DNA from: Acanthaster planci
Lineage: Eukaryota
DNA length: 49,507 bases
Assembly: GCF_001949145.1 (NCBI RefSeq)
Contig: NW_019091357.1
Location: 1,244,671 to 1,294,177 of the forward strand
Direction: 5' to 3'
Position 1 is the stretch's first letter. Each line of letters begins with the position of its first letter. Shown here in pieces: positions 46,122-49,507 of the stretch. A model generated the notes under the pieces. The model searched no databases, was not told the DNA's origin, and saw only the letters and a program-made list of their open reading frames with translations. The position numbers and the translations under genes were made by a program.

Positions 46122-49100
46122 TCATTTCTTTAATTCTCTTCGGAGGATCTTGCCACTAGCAGACTTGGGGATCTGATCCAGGAAAACAACACCCCCACGA
46201 AGCCACTTATGTGGGGAAGCATTCTCTGAAACCACATGATCCAGGACAGAATAAGATTGGAAATTAATTTCAAAGTCCCACGTGTTTTGTCCATAACCAT
46301 GTCCTTGAACATACAAACGGTACTCACTGACAGGCAAAGCCTAAAGCATAACCATCATATGCATGTGTACACTGGTATCTTCGCAGGCAACGGACTACAA
46401 GCTATGCGCATTCAGTTGAAACTAATGACAGTCTCTTGCCAGATCCACTTTATGTTGCACGTCCCGTCTAGTATGCCAAATTGGAGCCCTCATCTACAGA
46501 TCATTCCCTAACGTGTGAAGAGTGTAAAATGTATTCAGGTAGGGGGCCAGTGGGGCCCCAGCACCAAACTGGTTTTATTTTTAATCAAGAGAGCAAGGTT
46601 TTTTGTCTGTTTTATTTTCCTTCCTTCCAAAGGTCTATAATGTTGCCTCACCCCTAGCAAGGCTGTAATAGGTTACTGTACATGGAAACATTTCCAAATT
46701 TTTGTGATCCCAAAAAACAAGTTTGGCCCCCTCCCCGAAAATTGGGTTTTTGATCTGCACTTTCCTGGGTAGGGTCGGGAATAGCACCAATTGGTTTTTA
46801 GTCTACCAAGAGACAGAATTTAGTTTGAGCGATCACTTTATGGTGTAGATTCCTGAGGGAATATGCCACATCAGCCCCTGTGGGTCTACCGGAAATCATC
46901 CAATTATCAATTTTTGTTGTCATCGAGGTCTCACCTGCCACAAAGTCTCGGACCATCTCGAGGGTCAGGCTCTCTGTCTTGCGGACCACAAACGCCCGGG
47001 GCAGCTCGCCAGCTGCTTGGTCAGGCACCCCTATCACCCCAGCATCCAGAATCTGAGGATGTGTAAGGAGTAAGGCCTCCAACTCTGCTGGGGGAACCTG
47101 GTGGGGGAAATTTTCAAACAACCTACTGTTCACCTGTTCACAATTCACCTGTTAACCTACTATACCTATTGCCTATTAAACAAACTTAAGTCAGAACCTA
47201 ACTCAGACATAGAAGTTACTCTTACTTGGAATGCCTTGTATTTGATGAGTTCTTTGAGTCGATCTGCAATCCACAAAAAGCCATCTTCGTCGATATGACC
47301 AATATCACCTGCAGAGTGAAAGATCGGTAAAAGTCATAACTCTGAACACTGCATTTCAAATGTACACACATTAAATTTCAAGAGCCGCCAAAAATTTGGA
47401 ATGCCTTGAGAACTCAATCGGGATAAACTCAGAAACTCAGGTCTGCTCTGAGAGATTTCTAATGGAAGCAAGCATCATGATCTCTTCTTAACACATCCAC
47501 ATTACGTTGGGAACAAGTCTCGGTTTCAGTCTCGAAGTCTTGGTCTTAAAGGAGTGGATCTCAGTCTTGGTCTGGAATGCCTTGGTCTTGTCTCGGACAT
47601 CAAGGTCTCGAATATAACACAGTAACTCCTCCACATTACATTGGGAACAATTCAACTTACACAGCAGGATCTCTTCCTATATACCCCCCAGGTACATGCA
47701 ATTATGTACAAAATAAACAGTTTTTGAAAAACAAAATGTCTCCACCTGTGTGCAAGAAGCCATCTTTGTCGATGCTCTGTGCAGTGGCTTCTGGGTTCTT
47801 GAGGTATCCTTTCATGGTCTGTGGTCCTCTCAACCAAATCTCCCCGTCTTGACCTGAGCCAAGAGGTTTCCCCGAAGTGACATCAATGACCTAGACAAAC
47901 AAGAAACGAACAACAAAACATTAACAGAAACTTTTACTGAATCTACATCGAACAGGTCTCCCGCTGATGTTCGAAAACAAACGTCGGGTGACGTAGTTCG
48001 TTGGATTTAGTCTTCATTTTTCTCGTCTGGGAAGAATCTTGTAAAAAAAACATCAAAGACAGCTGGGTAGACACCAAACACAACCATATGTTGCCAAGAC
48101 TCAGTGAGACATTCGGGTTAAAAAATGATGAAAACCACAGAGCCTTGTGTCTGATGAGTATTAAAAAGGAGAAAATATAAAGCGTGATAGGGAAAAAATT
48201 TGCATGTTATAATCGCTAACAAATTCAACTATGAAAAAGTGTCTGTCTATGTGCTTGCACTGTGGGAAACGACAAGATGCTCATGGAGCATGAAACTCCG
48301 CTCATACCAGCTCTATGTTTTCCTATAGTAAAAGCTGCGGTGGCAGAAACTAGACTAGCAGAAAGGCTTCATGTACCCAGGGCATAGTAAACATTCTGTT
48401 ATGTTACCGTCTACAGAATACAGAGTGAAACTACTGTGTCGCTTTGTGTTCAAGGTTGAGCAACGTAATCTTTGCTCATCACCCAGCACCCGGAAAACGC
48501 TATTGATAAAACGTGAAGCACTCAAATCTTTTCTCGAGTACAAGGGTCGAGTACCAAGTACTAAGAGTCAAGTACGTCCAAAATCCAGGTACAAAGAATC
48601 AAGTACTCGTCAAGTACAGTTAATTTTCGAGCACTGATAATCGAGTATAGGCCATACTCAAGTTGTACTCAAGTACGAGTGACGAGTATTCCAACACTGC
48701 AATAAGCTATTTCATTGTACTTCTGCAGGTGGTCATCATAACAAATTTGTTTCAATACTGTACCTTCATCTCAGTGTTTGGTAGAAGTAACCCCACCGGG
48801 CCATAGTTGATGACATCATGGGGCATTATGGTGCTGGCAGCAGTCGCCTCTGTTAGGCCATATCCTTGGAGCAAAGAAACAACTCGTTTATTAAAGGCTA
48901 AAAAGGGTCACTCTCCGTTTCACAGAAATCTCCTTGAAAAAGTCTCCTCTAACAGGTTCAGTCACGACAAAAGGGTCAAAACTGGTAGCAAATATATGAG
49001 AAAATGAGAGCAATTCTCAAACAATACATTGGACAGACGATGATCCAAGCACCTACAACTCCCAACAGAGGCTCACTATGCTACTGCACAACATCATTCT

Positions 49101-49437
49101 AACAGATAGAGTACGGTAATTGGCATGGAATCGGTTTTAATTCCAAACTAACCTAGGGTAGCAGATGGAAACTTTTTTTTGGGGGGGGGGAGAATTTGTA
49201 ACCTCTTTTCGGGGAAGGGGCTAAATCAAGACACACCTCACTGTAAATGAAGCATCTGAACTAACCTTGCATGAGGAATTTCAAGTTAAGCCTGTTAGCA
49301 ATCGTCTCCATCATGTCTTGGTTGAGTGAAGCAGCCCCTGCCATTATAAACCGGACTGATGACAGGTCGTACTTGTCCACCAAGGGCGACTTGGCCAGGA
49401 ACAACATGAGAGGAGGCACCAGCGAAAGCAAAGTGAC
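46122..49437 (-). CDS. 4CL-like / luciferase-like acyl-CoA synthetase, copy B (5' part beyond the window end)
   Basis: Exons 49437-49266, 48864-48764, 47890-47746, 47308-47226, 47097-46935, 46225-46122 match copy A in size and phase. Ends ..[10 protein letters not shown]. Confidence 0.9.
48530..48699. mobile_element. hAT-like element end with (C)GAGTAC/AAGTAC subrepeats, specific to the copy B intron
   Basis: Repeated AGTAC units ending in CAACACTG (48692-48699); absent from the equivalent intron of copy A. Confidence 0.5.
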
Positions 49438-49507
49438 CTACAGGGAACACAGCCGGTCACATCTCAAAATCTCAGAGAGCATTTGCCTCAGACAAAACTG
49501 GTCCAAC

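Noticed and set aside
46122..46124. Selenocysteine UGA in copy B
   Set aside because: The codon aligns to Arg (CGA), not Cys, and no SECIS element was recognised.
35481..49437. Bioluminescent luciferase genes
   Set aside because: Luciferase-like acyl-CoA ligases are widespread in non-luminous animals, and nothing in the sequence shows light-emitting activity.

Overview
Eukaryotic genomic DNA, about 40% GC, with spliceosomal GT-AG introns; most likely an invertebrate animal, species not determinable from this window. Exons were assembled by eye with phase checks. Genes from left to right: a possible first exon of an unknown minus-strand gene (~627-716); DEK (minus, 11 coding exons, ~490 aa); KLF10/11 (TIEG/cabut-type; minus, 4 exons, ~491 aa); an ornithine decarboxylase with intact catalytic motifs, head-to-head with KLF (plus, 11 coding exons, ~486 aa); and a tandem array of 4-coumarate-CoA-ligase/firefly-luciferase-like acyl-CoA synthetases (minus). 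The array holds one near-complete copy, one copy cut by the window end and a relic last exon of an older paralog. Main findings: (1) The ODC leader carries a spliced, AUU-initiated 49-codon uORF, only partly overlapped by the ORF track. It resembles the polyamine-sensing AZIN1 uCC but has PEW instead of PPW, its stop codon sits in a hairpin loop, and a hexapeptide AUG uORF precedes it. (2) The second ligase copy has a CGA>TGA stop in a UGA-CUU context upstream of a retained PTS1-like tail. (3) Divergence between the two ligase copies concentrates in the substrate pocket. (4) The KLF10/11-ODC linkage mirrors vertebrate KLF10-AZIN1 and KLF11-ODC1. (5) An ODC intron holds a 5 x 76-bp array carrying a heptamer-octamer POU element. 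Several MITE/SINE remnants and two assembly gaps are also present.
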